A stretch of DNA of 64,000 nt, from the NCBI RefSeq assembly GCF_018977255.1, contig NW_024704743.1:56794001-56858000 (forward strand), in the 5' to 3' direction. The notes under the pieces are model-generated. The model ran no database searches, was not told the origin of the DNA, and was given only the letters and a program-made list of their open reading frames with translations. Below, one piece after another: positions 1-13,133 of this stretch. The stretch comes from Callorhinchus milii (Eukaryota). The position numbers and the translations under genes were made by a program. Within the stretch, counting starts at the first letter, position 1. Every line of letters begins with the position of its first letter.

Positions 1-118
1 TAAACCAGTTTGACGTGAAAGGAGCTATACAAATGTAATGTTGTTGCTATTTGAGCGGAGGGAGTGGCCTGGTCAGTATGGTTGTAGGAGGTCGCAGGGG
101 TAGGGATGGGGCAAGACC
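1..118. mobile_element. L2 3' tail (+, 1-50) next to a short minus-strand L2 3' ORF fragment
   Basis: GACGTGAAAGGAGCTATACAAATGTAATGTTGTTG matches the L2 tail seen throughout the window. The reverse complement of ~53-118 resembles the LAPPYL..LL.PY...LRS region of other copies. Confidence 0.6.
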
Positions 119-2159
119 GTCCGTGATTACAGTACGTATTACAAAACAAATGTACTGTGATGTGGTCACTGTTTATACAATCTAATTCACTTTCATTTAT
201 CATCTTTAAAAACTCATTACATAAAGTTGAAAATTATTGATTTCTGGTAACAATAGGCTCGACAATGCAATTCATTCCAAAACTAAGAATTGTGTGACTA
301 AGGTTAATCTTTATCACATCTTGTGCATGTTTTTATATGAATCCTTGGGTTATTGATACTGACTGATAGATTCATTCAGAAGGTAGGACAGTAAGAGAGA
401 CATGCAATGACTAACCTGCCGTGCAGGCTGATTAGTTTATTGCCACTATAATGAATTTGAATCGGAATCCACAAAGCAGAATCCTTCAGATGGAGCTACA
501 GCAAAAATAAAAATCCACATATTGAAATAAACAAAAGAAATTGTGCCCCAAAGACACATAGGATCTCAAAAGATTCACATTATAATTTTAAAACATTCTG
601 AAATTACAACTTCCATAACTTTAGTTTCTGCTTCATTTTGCCTTTCAATCTTAGTGTTATTGATAACAGATGCCATGCATTTGAATCCAGAGCCATTGAA
701 GCAAACAATTAAAAAAGACAATGGTGGTTTATTATCATGAAGAGCTGAGATGCCAGGGTTTAATAAATACCCTGCTCTTTAATGCATAATCTGTGCTGAA
801 ATGTATGGAGATTGGTCTATTAAACTTTCACAATTCATTAGACAGCTGCACAAATATCATTTTACATGTCATTGCTCCAAAGAGAGAAATCACACTTTAT
901 TATTCAAGAACATTTTATTTTGAATCACAATCAGGTTTTGTCAGCTTTTGCACTACTTAATTCTAGTTTATATCAATACAATTTCCTGAGTACCTCATCG
1001 CTATTCTTCCCAGTAACTTAAGAGGTAAGATTTGCTGTGCGGGTTGTGGAACATGTACTCTATTGCTTCAACTTAGAAATTAGAACACTTACAAGTTTTG
1101 AATTTAATTTAATCAATGGAGCAACATTAAAAGATTCTTAAGCAAATTTTCCTTCTCATTACAATTTTTTAATTGCACGAGTTTATTCTTGAGAAGCCTG
1201 CTTTAAAATTGATCCAAGGACCACACTATGAAAAATTGGATTGATTCAAATATATTTTACTGAGTCTTGCAATATGCCACTGAAAGCTATCAGTTTTAAG
1301 TGAATTAATAGACTGCATAAACAGTGACCAAATAAATAGGGAAATGGTTTACTCTGTTTATTCAATTTATGGCACAATCCTATTGGTTTCAAGCAAAAAA
1401 AACAAAGAAAAAGACTACTTAAGAACAATTTCCTATTTGATATTTCTTTAGATGGAATAGCAATATTTTCAAAGAAAATCTTGAAAAATAAAAATTTTAT
1501 AAACAAGTTTTAGTAAGAAAACCGTACAAATAAGAACTATTAATTGTGGTACAGTGCACTGAAACGAGCGGTGGTAAACCTTCCTGAGGAAACAATACAC
1601 TGAGCCAGACTGTAAAGCTCTTAAGATGATGTTTTGTTTATTATTGTGATCAGGTTTAATTCAAAAACCTTGCTAACAAAAAACTTGCTAACACCATCAG
1701 TTTGTTATGACACCTTTCACAAGTTCTCATCCAGAGAGCGAAGAAGGCCTGAGCTTAATTCTGGCATGAAACACACCGAGTTTGTGCATAATTGAATAGA
1801 AAAACCTGAGGATATAACCTGAGAAATGGGTCTTCAGCTTCTATATGTAAAGCTGTAATGGTGATGATTTTATTTCTTAAGAATAGTGTGAGGAAAAATG
1901 TTTCAATGAACAATTATTCATCAACATTGACCCACAGTACAGAAATATTCATAAGATATAATTATTAAGTTTCTGTTCATGTAACCAAACAACAATCATT
2001 TTATTTTGAATCTTTCTGGCATTTATTTATATGCATATACTTTTATTCTTTACCTTCTTAACCCACTGCCTGGTTGTCTGGGCTTGCTATCTGGAGCTTT
2101 CTGAAATGTTTGTGCTCTTGTTTTCAATATTTTCCCCTTTTGGGTCTATTTTATCATAA

Positions 2160-2445
2160 TAATAATCCTTGGATTTGGAGAGTGACTTTCACCTTTGAAG
2201 GATGAGTCAAAGTGCTTCACATTTTGTTTATATTTTTTTTTAAGAGCTGGCTTTTGGATGTGATGTTAAAACCTATTTAACTGTTGTTAAATTTGTCTGT
2301 TCAGGCGATTGCTAAAATCTCATGACACAATTTATAAAGCGAAAAGAACTTCTCCCACCAATTCCTCCAGATAAATTGGTCTTTCATTTCATGACTATTT
2401 GTGGGATGTTGCTTTGTGTAAATTGGCTGCTGCATTTGGTTACAA
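2160..2445. mobile_element. Degraded SINE pieces: minus-strand tail, then plus-strand Deu-domain body
   Basis: TTTGGATGTGATGTTAAAACC...TGTTCAGG...AAATTGGTCTTTCATTTCATG matches other DeuSINE copies in the window. Confidence 0.65.
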
Positions 2446-2461
2446 ATACAAATTTGATGTT

Positions 2462-2914
2462 ACAGGGGCTAGATCAAATGTTTGCTGAGATTATATCCTT
2501 TCTGTGATTAAAAATAAAATGCCAATTTTGTAATAAGGCTTATCAAATTCAGTGACATATTCTGTGATGTGAATTTGAAAATATGATTTTATAGATGCTC
2601 CTGTGAAATGTCGAGGGAGACATCCTCAGTCCCATAACGTATTTTAAAAAGATAAAGAACAGCCATCTCTGATTAGGCTTAAACTATGACACATTCTGTT
2701 AACAATATCACATCCTTTGTGGTACATAGACAACTTTGTTTTCACTTGCAGATATGCAAGATCAGTTGTACTGCTCAGAAATGCTATCTCGTATGAAGGG
2801 CTCTATAGAAATGCTAATTGTCACTGAATTTGATAAGCCTTATTACAAAATTGGCATTTTATTTTTAACCACAGAAAGGATATAATCTCAGCAAACATTT
2901 GATCTAGCCTCTGT
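2462..2914. repeat. 96 bp inverted repeat pair (2462-2557 / 2819-2914)
   Basis: The arms are reverse complements with 2 mismatches by manual alignment. The spacer is 261 bp. Confidence 0.95.
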
Positions 2915-3984
2915 TTACTGATCTTTCCCAATTTTCTATATTCCTATATTCATATAGTTTACAAAACTTGAATAATTTTGTTTTACAAGAAAATTTGTGT
3001 TGAGAAAGGCCCACTCAACTAACCTATTAATTTACAAAATACAGTCACTACACTTTAGAGTGAAATCTTATGAAGTGCTTTGAGTAGTCCTTCTGACGTA
3101 AAGGCACTATATCAAATATAATGATTATTATTATTGATCACTGTGTGTATAGATTGTGAGACTGCAGGAATCTATCTATCTTAATTATTATAATTCTCTG
3201 ATTGAATTAATTATGAAATTACATGAATGTCACTGCTTGAATCATAGATTGTTACAGTACTAAAAACAGATAATTTGACCTATCAAGTTGTTCATGATAT
3301 GTAGTCACTGGTTCATGAATTGACCAGTTTATACCTAACTTGCAAGTTTTATTGTTGCAAAATAGTCCTAATCTGTAATTTTAAAAGTAAACAGGAAGCT
3401 AGAACTCCAAGGCCTTAATTAAACCTCAAACGTAATTCTGCAATTGGCCCTTGAAGGCACAAACGATGCTACCAGATGATCCTGTATCCAAACAGACTTC
3501 CCACAAATATCCTTTGTAGATCTTTGTTCTTGGTGGAATGCTGTAACATCTGTGGAAAACAGACCGATAGCTCAGGGGGTCTCTTCTTCATGGGTGTTGC
3601 AGATGTGAGCAAGAAAGATACTATATAACACCAACTTTACATTTCAATTGGCACACCCAACTGATGTGAAAGGTGCTAAATAAGTGTAAATTATATTGTT
3701 CTGCATTCTACATTTATGTAGTGCTTTCATGTCAGCAGGCTGGTCTGCAGGGTTGTACAGAAGTCAAGGTTGGATAAGGGAGTTTTGAGGATAGATGAAT
3801 ATTCTGAAGGTTTGACTTAATTTCTTCTAGGATTCAGTTTGTATCTTTAAATTCAGGGATAGAGATTGGTTGGGGAAAGGGAAATTTAAATTTGTAGATG
3901 GCATGCACATGTGGAATTCTCAGTCTGGTTTAGGTGGTGATGTTTTAGGAGAGCATCTCAAAGAGCTTTGCAGGATATACTGTA

Positions 3985-4310
3985 ACGTCCAGTGAAGAGA
4001 CTATGTAACTTGTAGGTAAATGCAGCCAATTTGCGAAACGGCAATGTCTCATAAACAGCCATATAGAGAATGATTCATTTTATCTGGGGGATTGTTGATT
4101 AGGGCACCAGAAGAAACTTTCTTTTATTTTCAAATCCACCTGAACAGGCGGACAATACCTTGGTTTAACATCTCATCCAAAGAATGGCACCGCCATCAAT
4201 GCAACATATCCTCAGCACTGCATTGGAGTATCAGCCTAGACCATAAGAATTCAAAGTCCTGATTGGGGCTTGAACCCGCAAACTTCTGAATGCTACCAAC
4301 TGAGCCAGTC
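3985..4310 (-). mobile_element. Deu-domain tRNA-derived SINE (SacSINE1-like)
   Basis: The minus strand starts TGGCTCAGTTGGTAGCA (A box) and contains GGGTTCAAGCCC (B box) and the GGATGAGATGTTAAACC Deu core. Confidence 0.85.
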
Positions 4311-5384
4311 TGACATGCACTAATGGAAAGCAAATAATTTTTTTAGTGAATAGAATTATATTTACCTCTATTTTTTATTACTGAAAGTAATCTTGAGTAT
4401 AAAAGATTAGCTAGAGATTTTTGTCTTTTTTATTGGAGTCACGGTTTTGATGTACAGCTATCTGACTCTCTTGTCCACAGCTCACCATCAAACTCTAAAT
4501 GATTCTAAATCATACACGACAGCGTTAGCTTTTCATGCATTATTCACTTTGTGAACACAATGTTCCAGCCAAAAGCAGCTACGTGTTGATTAGCATTGGG
4601 CACCTGTTTCATGGAAGATTTATGTTACACATGCAAAAAACTGAAATTTCCTAGCATTGTTCTCCATTATACTCTGGACTAGTGCTTCAAATTTCCTGTT
4701 TAGTGAGAAATACTTGAAAGATTTTCAGGCAGGCTCAGTCTTGGTACAATATGATACAAATCCCAGTCCAAATATTGCCAGGAAAAGGACTAACATGGCA
4801 ATGTTTGAACTGAGATTTTTTCCACTATATCCACTAGGTCAAATCCTTGCAATTGGATTTCCATTTCAGATATCACCTAATCTCAGAAGGTATTATCTAC
4901 AAGTTAGCAAGAGCCAAGGCTGGGATGTTCCAGGGTGTCCTGGAGTTTAACCAGTGAAAAATGTACAGATTGCTATTTTCAATACTGTCTGCCAGGCTTT
5001 CTGCTTGCTCTCCATAGTTTGGCCATTGTCATCCAGGGTTAACATGAGCTGAGAGTGAAGAATCCTATGGTTGCTGAATTAAAATAGTGGCAGTCACAAC
5101 TGAATTCACCAATGACATCCCAAAGTCATTAATGGAGAATATTTCCAGTAACTAGCAGTCTGTGAATCAAGTCCCGATATGGGGCAATGTGCCATAGATG
5201 GATTACCAATCTCAAGCATATCTTGGGGTTCTCACTAATTGGCCCAATGTTATGTTTGCTAACTACTGACAGGATTAGTGAATCCCATTGAAAATCATTA
5301 TTTTGACCCTAATTTGGGGTTATTACTATTTATTAAGAATGGAAAGAGCTTAATTTCTCTCTCTCCTTTTCCTATAGATAGACA

Positions 5385-5750
5385 TCAGCCTGGATCAGTT
5401 CGTAGCATTCTTGCCTGAGTGAGAAGGTTGTATGTTGAAGCCCTATGTAAGGACTTGAGCTCAAAATCCAGGCTGACATGTGAATACAGTGATAGGGGAC
5501 GACTGCAATATCAGGGGTGCTGTTCTTTGGATGAGATGCTGACTTAGATCTCGTTCATCTATTCAGGTGTGGAGGTTAAAGACTTTTCATCTGGTGTTCG
5601 GGCCAATAATCCCCCAGATAAAAATTGGTACTCACTCTATGGCTGTTTGTGGACAGGGCTGTGTGCAAAATGAATGCTGCATTCATCTACATTATTCAGT
5701 TACACATGTGAAACGCTTTGAGATGTCTTGACAAAGTGATAAGGTGCTAT
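5385..5750 (+). mobile_element. Deu-domain tRNA-derived SINE
   Basis: Degenerate head (TGGATCAGTTCGTAGCATTCTTGCC), TTTGGATGAGATG core, and L2-like tail (CGCTTTGAGATGTC...AAGGTGCTAT). Confidence 0.85.
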
Positions 5751-5904
5751 TCTTATCCGAAGAATAGGTGTAAGTACTTATTGCACAATACGAGCTGGTG
5801 TGTTGTGCCAAGAAACCTAGGTGAAACCCCAAGGCCCAAGACCCTATGGATTTAAAGTTCTTCAATTTATCTCATGAATATACATTATTAGGAATACAAA
5901 ATCA

Positions 5905-6927
5905 TAGTGAATCTCACATAAGAAAGCATAAAATGTGTTATGAACACATCAAAACCAAGACTTAAAAGTTTTATAAAAGAGACATTCAAAATAAAGTAAA
6001 GTCTTCACTGCTAAGCCCTTTCTACAGACAGCATCAGTGTTGAGAAGAGTTAGAAAGAAGAAAAAATGAATCAAGAGGAAGTGAGAACTGGGGGATGTAA
6101 TAAGATGCAGTCTTGGAAAACATACTAAATGATTCAAACCAATCTCAACATTGAAAGAACAAGTCAGGCTGAAGGTACAGAACTTGCAAAATAACAGAAA
6201 AAAATCATTAGTGGAAGTTCAGTGTCTTGAGCTACTGTTAGCTTGTTACATTTACCACACTTGACAGTAATTACCTATGAAGCACTTTGAAGCGCTACAA
6301 AAATATAAGTTTGTACTTTAACGTGGCGCATTGATTTACATTATCAAGAGAAACTGATCAGCTTTCGGAAGCAGTTGTTTATAATGCTTTTGTTACTCAG
6401 CCTTTTCTCTGATCTCCATTCCAATCATTAACTATGGCGGTGGCCTCTACAAGCAGCAATCAGCACAGGTTCGTCATTGCCCCAAGCCTTTAGCTTGACA
6501 GAACAGTCATTAAAATGCACAAGTTGTCTTAGTCGTTACTAACTGAATTATACAAATTTCCAACCTTAATTCACCATTTCGAGGCTTATTTTCCACCATC
6601 GCCTGCAGAACACAAATGCAATTCCCGGTTAATTTCTTAACTGAAGCTTCATCTATTTAACAACAAATAGGTTTCATTTGCTAGCTAATCAAATATTACT
6701 TCCTTTCCTTTACTTTAATTGTTACATTATGGTAAGAGATAGGACTGTTTGTACTGACTTGCACAAGATTCACCATTTGTGCACTCTAAACAAAGTCCTT
6801 GAGAAAAAAGGCATTTTGTGTGTTGGTACAATAAGTTCGACCCTGTAGTGAATCTCACATAGGAAAGCATAAAATGTGTTATGAACACATCAAAGCCAAG
6901 ACTCAAAAGTCTTATAAAAGAGACATT
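5905..6927 (+). repeat. 82 bp dispersed direct duplication (5905-5986 and 6846-6927)
   Basis: TAGTGAATCTCACAT...AAAGAGACATT occurs twice, with 4 substitutions by manual alignment. Confidence 0.9.
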
Positions 6928-7364
6928 GCTATCAGTGAGAAGCAGTGGGTATTCCCTGTGCAGGTTTAATTCCTTTACACAGTCAAAGGATGCTTCTCCT
7001 GATCTAATAGAGAATGATTGGATAACGTTTGAGACTTTGGGAAGAAGATCAAATGTGGCCATGCACAATGATGGGCTTTGTGGCATACGTCATGAAAATA
7101 TTGTAATCTTGGATCTGAAGACTGGTCTGGCAAGTCTATTCCTAACAGACCATTTCCTGCTGCATGATCTGAACACACAGCATAACAAGTGAAGTATCTA
7201 ATATTGGGCTGGACTGAATGGGGAGAAATTCATCTGGGTCAAAATTTATTCTCTCTATGTAGCATTTTAAGGCATTTGAGTTATTCGAATTTGGAAAATT
7301 CTTAAATAAAATCTTTAGTTTTGAAGCCGTTTTTCTGTAAATTAATTTAAGTAATCACAGAAAG

Positions 7365-7600
7365 AGATTCAAGTTATAAAGGATTATTTCAAGACAGGTA
7401 ACAGGAAGCTTTCTTTGCATAGAGTGCAGTCCACAATTGGAGTAGGTTGCCAGCAATGATGGTTGAGGCAAGGACACTGAACTCATTTAAAAAGCAGCTT
7501 GATTGGTGATGGGAAGATGGTCGTGTGGGTTTTGTGGAAGGATGAGATCAAATGGGCTTGAAGGGCCTTCTTTATCCAAACAAATCTTGTAATCTTATGA
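7365..7600 (+). mobile_element. CR1 LINE 3' end, degraded
   Basis: Contains TGG..TAGGTTGCCAGC...GGTTGAGGCA...TCATTTAAAAAGCAGCTTGAT and a terminal ATGGGC..AAGGGCCTTCT motif like the CR1 at 41.0 kb. Confidence 0.7.
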
Positions 7601-7700
7601 ATTTGATCAAATGTGACTTTAATGGAATAAATCTGGAACTAAGTAGAACATGTTTCTTTACGGAATCACTTAGGTCATGCTTTGAATCACTAAATTAAGG

Positions 7701-7796
7701 CATGTCAGTGTAATACGGCAAAGCCATATCAGTGTAACAAGGTAAAGCCATCTCAGTGCAACATGCCAATGCCATGTCAGTGGAACATGGCACAGC
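7701..7796. repeat. 24 bp minisatellite, 4 diverged copies
   Basis: Unit approximates CATGTCAGTGTAACATGGCAAAGC, with starts at 7701, 7725, 7749 and 7773. Confidence 0.9.
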
Positions 7797-9699
7797 TGTC
7801 TAAGTAGTATGAGGAAGTGGTCACAAGTCTGGAGCCAGAAAGGGTTCAAACGATCCCTGGACAGTGATAGCTTTTACAGTAAGTGGCTATTTGCCACTTT
7901 GAGACCTATCTTCTCTGTGCAGAGGAAATGAGGAAAATAAATTACTGCATTGCCAAGAAATTAACATGATTTTTGGCTGTTTATACTCTGGTACTAAACA
8001 ATTCCAGTTACAGTTATTCTATCACATATTCTATCACATAACTGGATATATTTAATATGTGGTGGGGGGGGAATATAGCATGTGATACGATAATTATTTG
8101 CTTTTTAAAAAAATAAAGTTTTCAAACTTTTCACTATGTGTATCTGAGGTGCCATAGCCTTGCTCTTTACAATTATTAAAACATTACTCTTTCCCATATT
8201 GGGAAAACAAAAACAATCTTTATTTTGTTAATCCAGTAGTAATGTAGAACAAAATCAGTTTCTAGGCTGCAGGAATATATTTATTTAAAATACAGCAATA
8301 AATCTCCTATCTAAAATCTTTTTGACTGATGATGAAAGAGACTGAATGTAAATGTTTTTCATTCTGATAAACTCATTAGATGAAAAAACACTTTGTTATT
8401 TGCCTCAAAAGACTATTATTTTTTATAACAAAAGAAAGCCCAGCTCTGCTAAACTAGTTTAAATTCCCACCAATTAGTCACTAACTAACTGGTTGGATTT
8501 GTCCCTGTGTTGCACACACTCTTCAGTACGAAGTATATTTTTAATGTGTTTCTACTTTGAGGATTATAAAAAAAGACTTAAGAATGTTCACTAACCCAAA
8601 AAGAAAATGTTTTTGTGCTGGTATGAAGTCATTGTGCTGTATTTTATTCATCTCAGTGGGGAAAGTGAGTAACTAAAACACAAGCTGGGAGACCTTGGAA
8701 TTCATGACCCAGTTTAGGAGTACAATGAGCAGCAATTAAAACTGAACTTGAAATTCCTCATGTTAAGTAAATACCAAGACTCTTTGTATTTTGATTCCAG
8801 TTTTTCTAGTTGTCAGATCAGTGTCTCTAAAGTTAGCATGCCTGTGAAGTCAGCATGCCTTCCAGTCGGCTTGATCCCTCAAGCTTTCTTGCTATCAAGA
8901 GTTTCCCTTCAGCTAACAACCTTCTCCATTCAGTACTTCCTTTGAGTTAGCCCTCCTTTCAAAGTGAGTACTCCCCTCCCAAGTTGCTGTTCCTTCAGGC
9001 CATCGGAACATCTGCTGGATGGCTGATTGGGATTGTCCAACCTGCAGACATGTCCATAGATGCTATCAATACTGAACTTGGATTCCATTCTCTGTCCCCT
9101 GGAGGTGTGCTTTACCAAGTTGCGTAGGGCCTATTGTGTTCCGTTCTCAGATGGAACTGATGAGAAACTCCTCAGCCATACACTCAAGGGCTGAGCAGCC
9201 TGGAAGGACTTAATGACCTCCACTGTTCCTATATCTCTCTGAGTTCCATGAATTGGGAAGTTGCCAGATTGCAGTGATGCAATTGTATTCTTTTCAATTC
9301 ACAAATCATCTTTCAGCAGACTTTGCTCAATGGTCAGCCCAGATTGTATGTAATTTAGTTATAAACACAAAATCACTTCGGCAATTCAGAAAACACATAA
9401 GATCCTATATCTGAATGGCATTCCCAGTATAAATTCACATCGCCAAGGTCGGGAAATATACTAGTATCGAGGGAATTACCACTAGAGGTGTTAGTCTTAA
9501 TTTTCTCCCACGGTTCTGAGCTTGCCACCCATGTCAGGAGAAAGCTGTGGGATGTGATTCAGACCTGAAATTGGTAGCAAGTTTCTGTTTTAACACGTTG
9601 CTGAATGAAAGTGTCTCCTTGATACTGTTAGTCATGAGAGGGTGTTGATATATAAAATAAGTTTTATTTATCAACACCCTAAAAAATAATAGCTGAAAT

Positions 9700-9826
9700 A
9701 ACAACTGAAAGAAGCTAAATATTTTAGTCACTGAATGTATTGACAGCTGAGAATAGCTCAGTATGTCAGTCACTGAGAGTATTGACAGCTGAAAATAGCT
9801 TAGCATGTCAGTCAATGAGGGTAATA
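9700..9826. repeat. 42 bp tandem repeat, about 3 copies
   Basis: Unit approximates AGTCACTGAGAGTATTGACAGCTGAAAATAGCTTAGCATGTC. Confidence 0.85.
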
Positions 9827-10477
9827 AGAGCTTTTGTAGTATAATTACTCAAGATTTACAGGGAATTAACCTGCAGTTGATTGGACAGACATTGCATGTC
9901 AGGCATTAATTGTATAAAAACATCATTGAACCATTTGGTATGGGCATTACTGTTGTGCACTCACCCAAAAAAGAGTGTTACGCAGTATACGTCAGCAGGA
10001 CAATGGCTCTAGGAGACCGGAAAATATAGAACCCATGCTTCTCAGCATTGCCACAGATTTCGCTATCTACAAATCTGTGTATCTGAATATAAAATAATTC
10101 CCTTGAACATTTCACAAAGTATGGTGAAATCAGGAATTTAATATATTAGGCAAGAGGCTGTCACTTCCTACTGTATGTGCAAAGTGATTTATTTCTGCCA
10201 CAGCCGCAATATACATAATTGTATCCTGCACTCCTTCTGGCACGGTGTAACAATGAACTCCATTCATTTGTAACAGTAGATGAACCCACTGCATTAAACA
10301 ATGCATATTAAACATGCTTCTCTAACCCACAAGAACAATGTTTTCATTGGATTTCTTTCAGCAGAAACGTGCGGAGGATTTTAACCCATACACTTCCAAA
10401 CATATGTGAACTCGATACAGATTGGAAAGAAATAGAAATAATCAATGATATTTCTGATTGTTAAAAGGACAATTAGG

Positions 10478-10863
10478 AATAATAACAATAACAAACTTTG
10501 CATTTGATGTAGCACTTTATTACATTATTACGTTGTCGAGACGCCTAAAAACACTTCACAGGATTTTTCTGTGAAGTGTGTAGTGACTGTAGTTTGTAGG
10601 CAAAGTGGCAACCAATTTACATTTTTTCATTATGTCTTTATGTCGAACAATGCCACGGACTTTTAACATCTATGAACAGGCAGACCAGATCTGGGTTTAA
10701 TGTCTCATCTGAAGGATTGTACCTGCAACAATGCAGTGCTCCCCTAGCACTGGAGTGTCAGTGTGAGCTGCGAGACTAGTCTGTGAGCTCAAACACCTGA
10801 TGGAGGGGCTTGAACCCACAATTTTCTGACTCAGAGGCGAGAGTGCTATCAACTGAGCCAGCT
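10478..10863 (-). mobile_element. Deu-domain tRNA-derived SINE, near full length
   Basis: Head TGGCTCAGTTGATAGCACTCTCGCCTCTGAGTCAGAA, B box GGGTTCAAGCCC, Deu core, and L2-like tail with a TTA/TTG-rich end. Confidence 0.9.
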
Positions 10864-10941
10864 AATATCTAATACAATAGTGCCACTCACGTGAGATTCA
10901 TGGAATCAGTTGTTTTTTATGGATTGAGATTACCAGATTCT

Positions 10942-11245
10942 GATAGAGGGCATGTAGGGATTTGTAGGTGAGAACAAAGATCTTGAAGTCGATTTTCTGA
11001 GAGTTAGTGGAGCCTGCTGTGAATGGGGGTGATGAGCATACCGGCATCGAACAATAAGCTGCTTGATATTTCATTTTGAGATGATGCAAGATAAGATGGA
11101 GGAGAGCACAGTTTGGTGGGAGGGACGAGGGCATGTATGGATTTGTAGGCAAGAACGAGGATCATGAAGTCAATCTCCTGAGAGACAGTGGAGCTTGGTG
11201 TGAATGAGGTGAATGGGGTTGAGTATGCAGAGTATCGAACAATAA
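10942..11245 (-). mobile_element. Two tandem L2 ORF2 C-terminal fragments
   Basis: Minus-strand ORFs read QKIDFKIFVLTYKSLHAL and QEIDFMILVLAYKSIHAL, matching the L2 motif RIxFKILxLxxKxxHxLAP. Confidence 0.8.
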
Positions 11246-11589
11246 GATTGTGGTTAGCAACTGAGTAATTGTTCTCCAAAACTGTTTCTGCAGACTTTTG
11301 TCTTACAGAAATATCTCTTGTTATAAGTTTGGCATTTGTCTGCAAGGTTTTCTATCAGTTACAACAGCACAAAACTGTTACAATTATGGCATCCTTTACA
11401 GAAACCAGTGGATGAAGGGAAAACAAGGACATTAACCCCTGCATAAAAACATAATGTTGCAAACTGGATTTCTCCACAAGAAACAATTTGCAGATAATTG
11501 AATTAAGGAGTAACTATGAAGTTGCAAAAAGAATGAATGCATAATTTTCTTCTAATGTACATTTTAGCAGCTGAAACAAATGAGTAATA

Positions 11590-11930
11590 CAATAATAATC
11601 CCTGCATGTGATATAATCCCCACATCAAAACATCTCACAGTATTGTTTTCATGTAAAGTACTGACTGTATTTTAAGGCAAATAAACCAGCAAATTTGTGC
11701 ACAGGAACGACCCACAAACAGGCATGAAGTAATTATTTCTTAATCAGGGGATTGTTGGCCAGGATTGGGAGACTGGGAGAAAATCCCATGTCTTCAAATA
11801 ATGTTGTGCGATTGTTAATACCCTCTTGAACAGATGAACGTGACTTTGGTTCAATATGTTATCCGAAGGGTGGCACCTCCAATAATTGCAGCACTCCCCC
11901 AGCACTGAATTGTAGTGACAGCATAGACAT
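11590..11930 (-). mobile_element. Deu-domain SINE, degraded
   Basis: TCCGAAGGGTGGCACCTCCAA...GCAGCACTCCCCCAGCACTG is the reverse-complement Deu core. The tail is at ~11590. Confidence 0.75.
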
Positions 11931-13077
11931 AAATTTGTGAGATAAGGGTATTAATGAATGGCCTGCTGAAGATCTGTCTGCCAGTCTTGAATATCTAATC
12001 TCTATTTTTAAATGCTGAGAAGAACAGAAGATAATTTTGCTCTTAAAATTCTGCTTGATAAATATATTGAATAGTCTAACTCTATAAAATGTACTTATAG
12101 AATCATAATATTTAATGAGGAAAATATCAGCATAATTGCAACATATTCACCAAAACTCTTTGCAGATGCTATAATTAACACCAGAATGGGTGGAGAAACA
12201 AGTTTCTCTTTTCATAGCCGTCAGTACAAACTGTCCACCAGTGACATTTTCTAAACGTCATCCGAAATGATCCAAATGATAAAAAATGTGTATAAGACCA
12301 TCCCAGCAGCTCTTGTTTAATATGCTGCTAGAAATGTTAATGTTTCACAGACTAACAAAGATACAGCTGTCAAAAAATATCAAAGTTGATTGCAACTCTA
12401 ATTTGCAGATTTCAGCCATATTTCTGTCAGCCTTAATAGAGCTATATTTGCTTTAAATACTTCGAACATGACTGAGATGTTTAAAAGTGAACGTCGCTGG
12501 ACTCTAATTACAAAAATAAATATGAAATTTAATTATTTGGATTTGAATATTGAAGTGAATAATGAACATGCAAGAATAAAAAAGCAACTGAATTATCTTA
12601 ACTTTGAAGAGTGTTGATCATTCTGGAAATAGTGTTATCGAAGCAAAGTATCATCAAGACCTCTTTTAACTGTTGTGCATGTTAAGAGCTTATTGAAGAG
12701 ATGATTCTTATAAGCCCTGGAGAGCAGCAGCACAGAAAGAATCAAATCTCTTCTGAAGTTCAATGCCCTACTCCAGACACTGAGAGAAAATTAGAATGCC
12801 ACATTCTATCATTTCCTTTCTTCTGCTGCTCATTAGTTTGAAACTGTGCTGATTATTATAATGCTCTCTTAAGATTGCTTTGTAGGGTAGCTCTAGGTTA
12901 GCCCCAGAGCAAACCAACAGCAGAAAATCCCTCTTCCCTGCTCAATAACTTTAGGTCTATGATCATAATCCCAAACAGAGTCTGGCTCAGTATCTTCACT
13001 TGAACATTCTCCAGTGAGAGAACCAAGCTGCGTTAAGCCGGTATTCCCTGTGTGGCACTGAAACACACAGCTGCAGG

Positions 13078-13133
13078 TTCATAGAATTATATAGCACAGA
13101 AGGAGGCCATTTGGCCCATCGTGTCTGTGCCGA
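13078..13133 (-). mobile_element. CR1-type 3' tail
   Basis: Near-identical to the reverse complement of 40983-41035 (GGCACAGACACGATGGGCCAAATGGCCT...TGTGCT.TATAATTCTATG). Confidence 0.85.

Noticed and set aside
6565..6608. Minus-strand exon candidate (AMVENKPRNGEL)
   Set aside because: It has an acceptor-like TTCTGCAG, but the length (28 or 38 nt) and donor are ambiguous, the peptide is unrecognised, and it is on the opposite strand to the better candidates.
7701..7796. 24 bp repeat as a CRISPR array
   Set aside because: The units are contiguous and diverged, with no unique spacers and no cas genes, in eukaryotic context.
10340..10465. Plus-strand exon after TTTCTTTCAG
   Set aside because: No convincing donor and no recognisable peptide in any frame.
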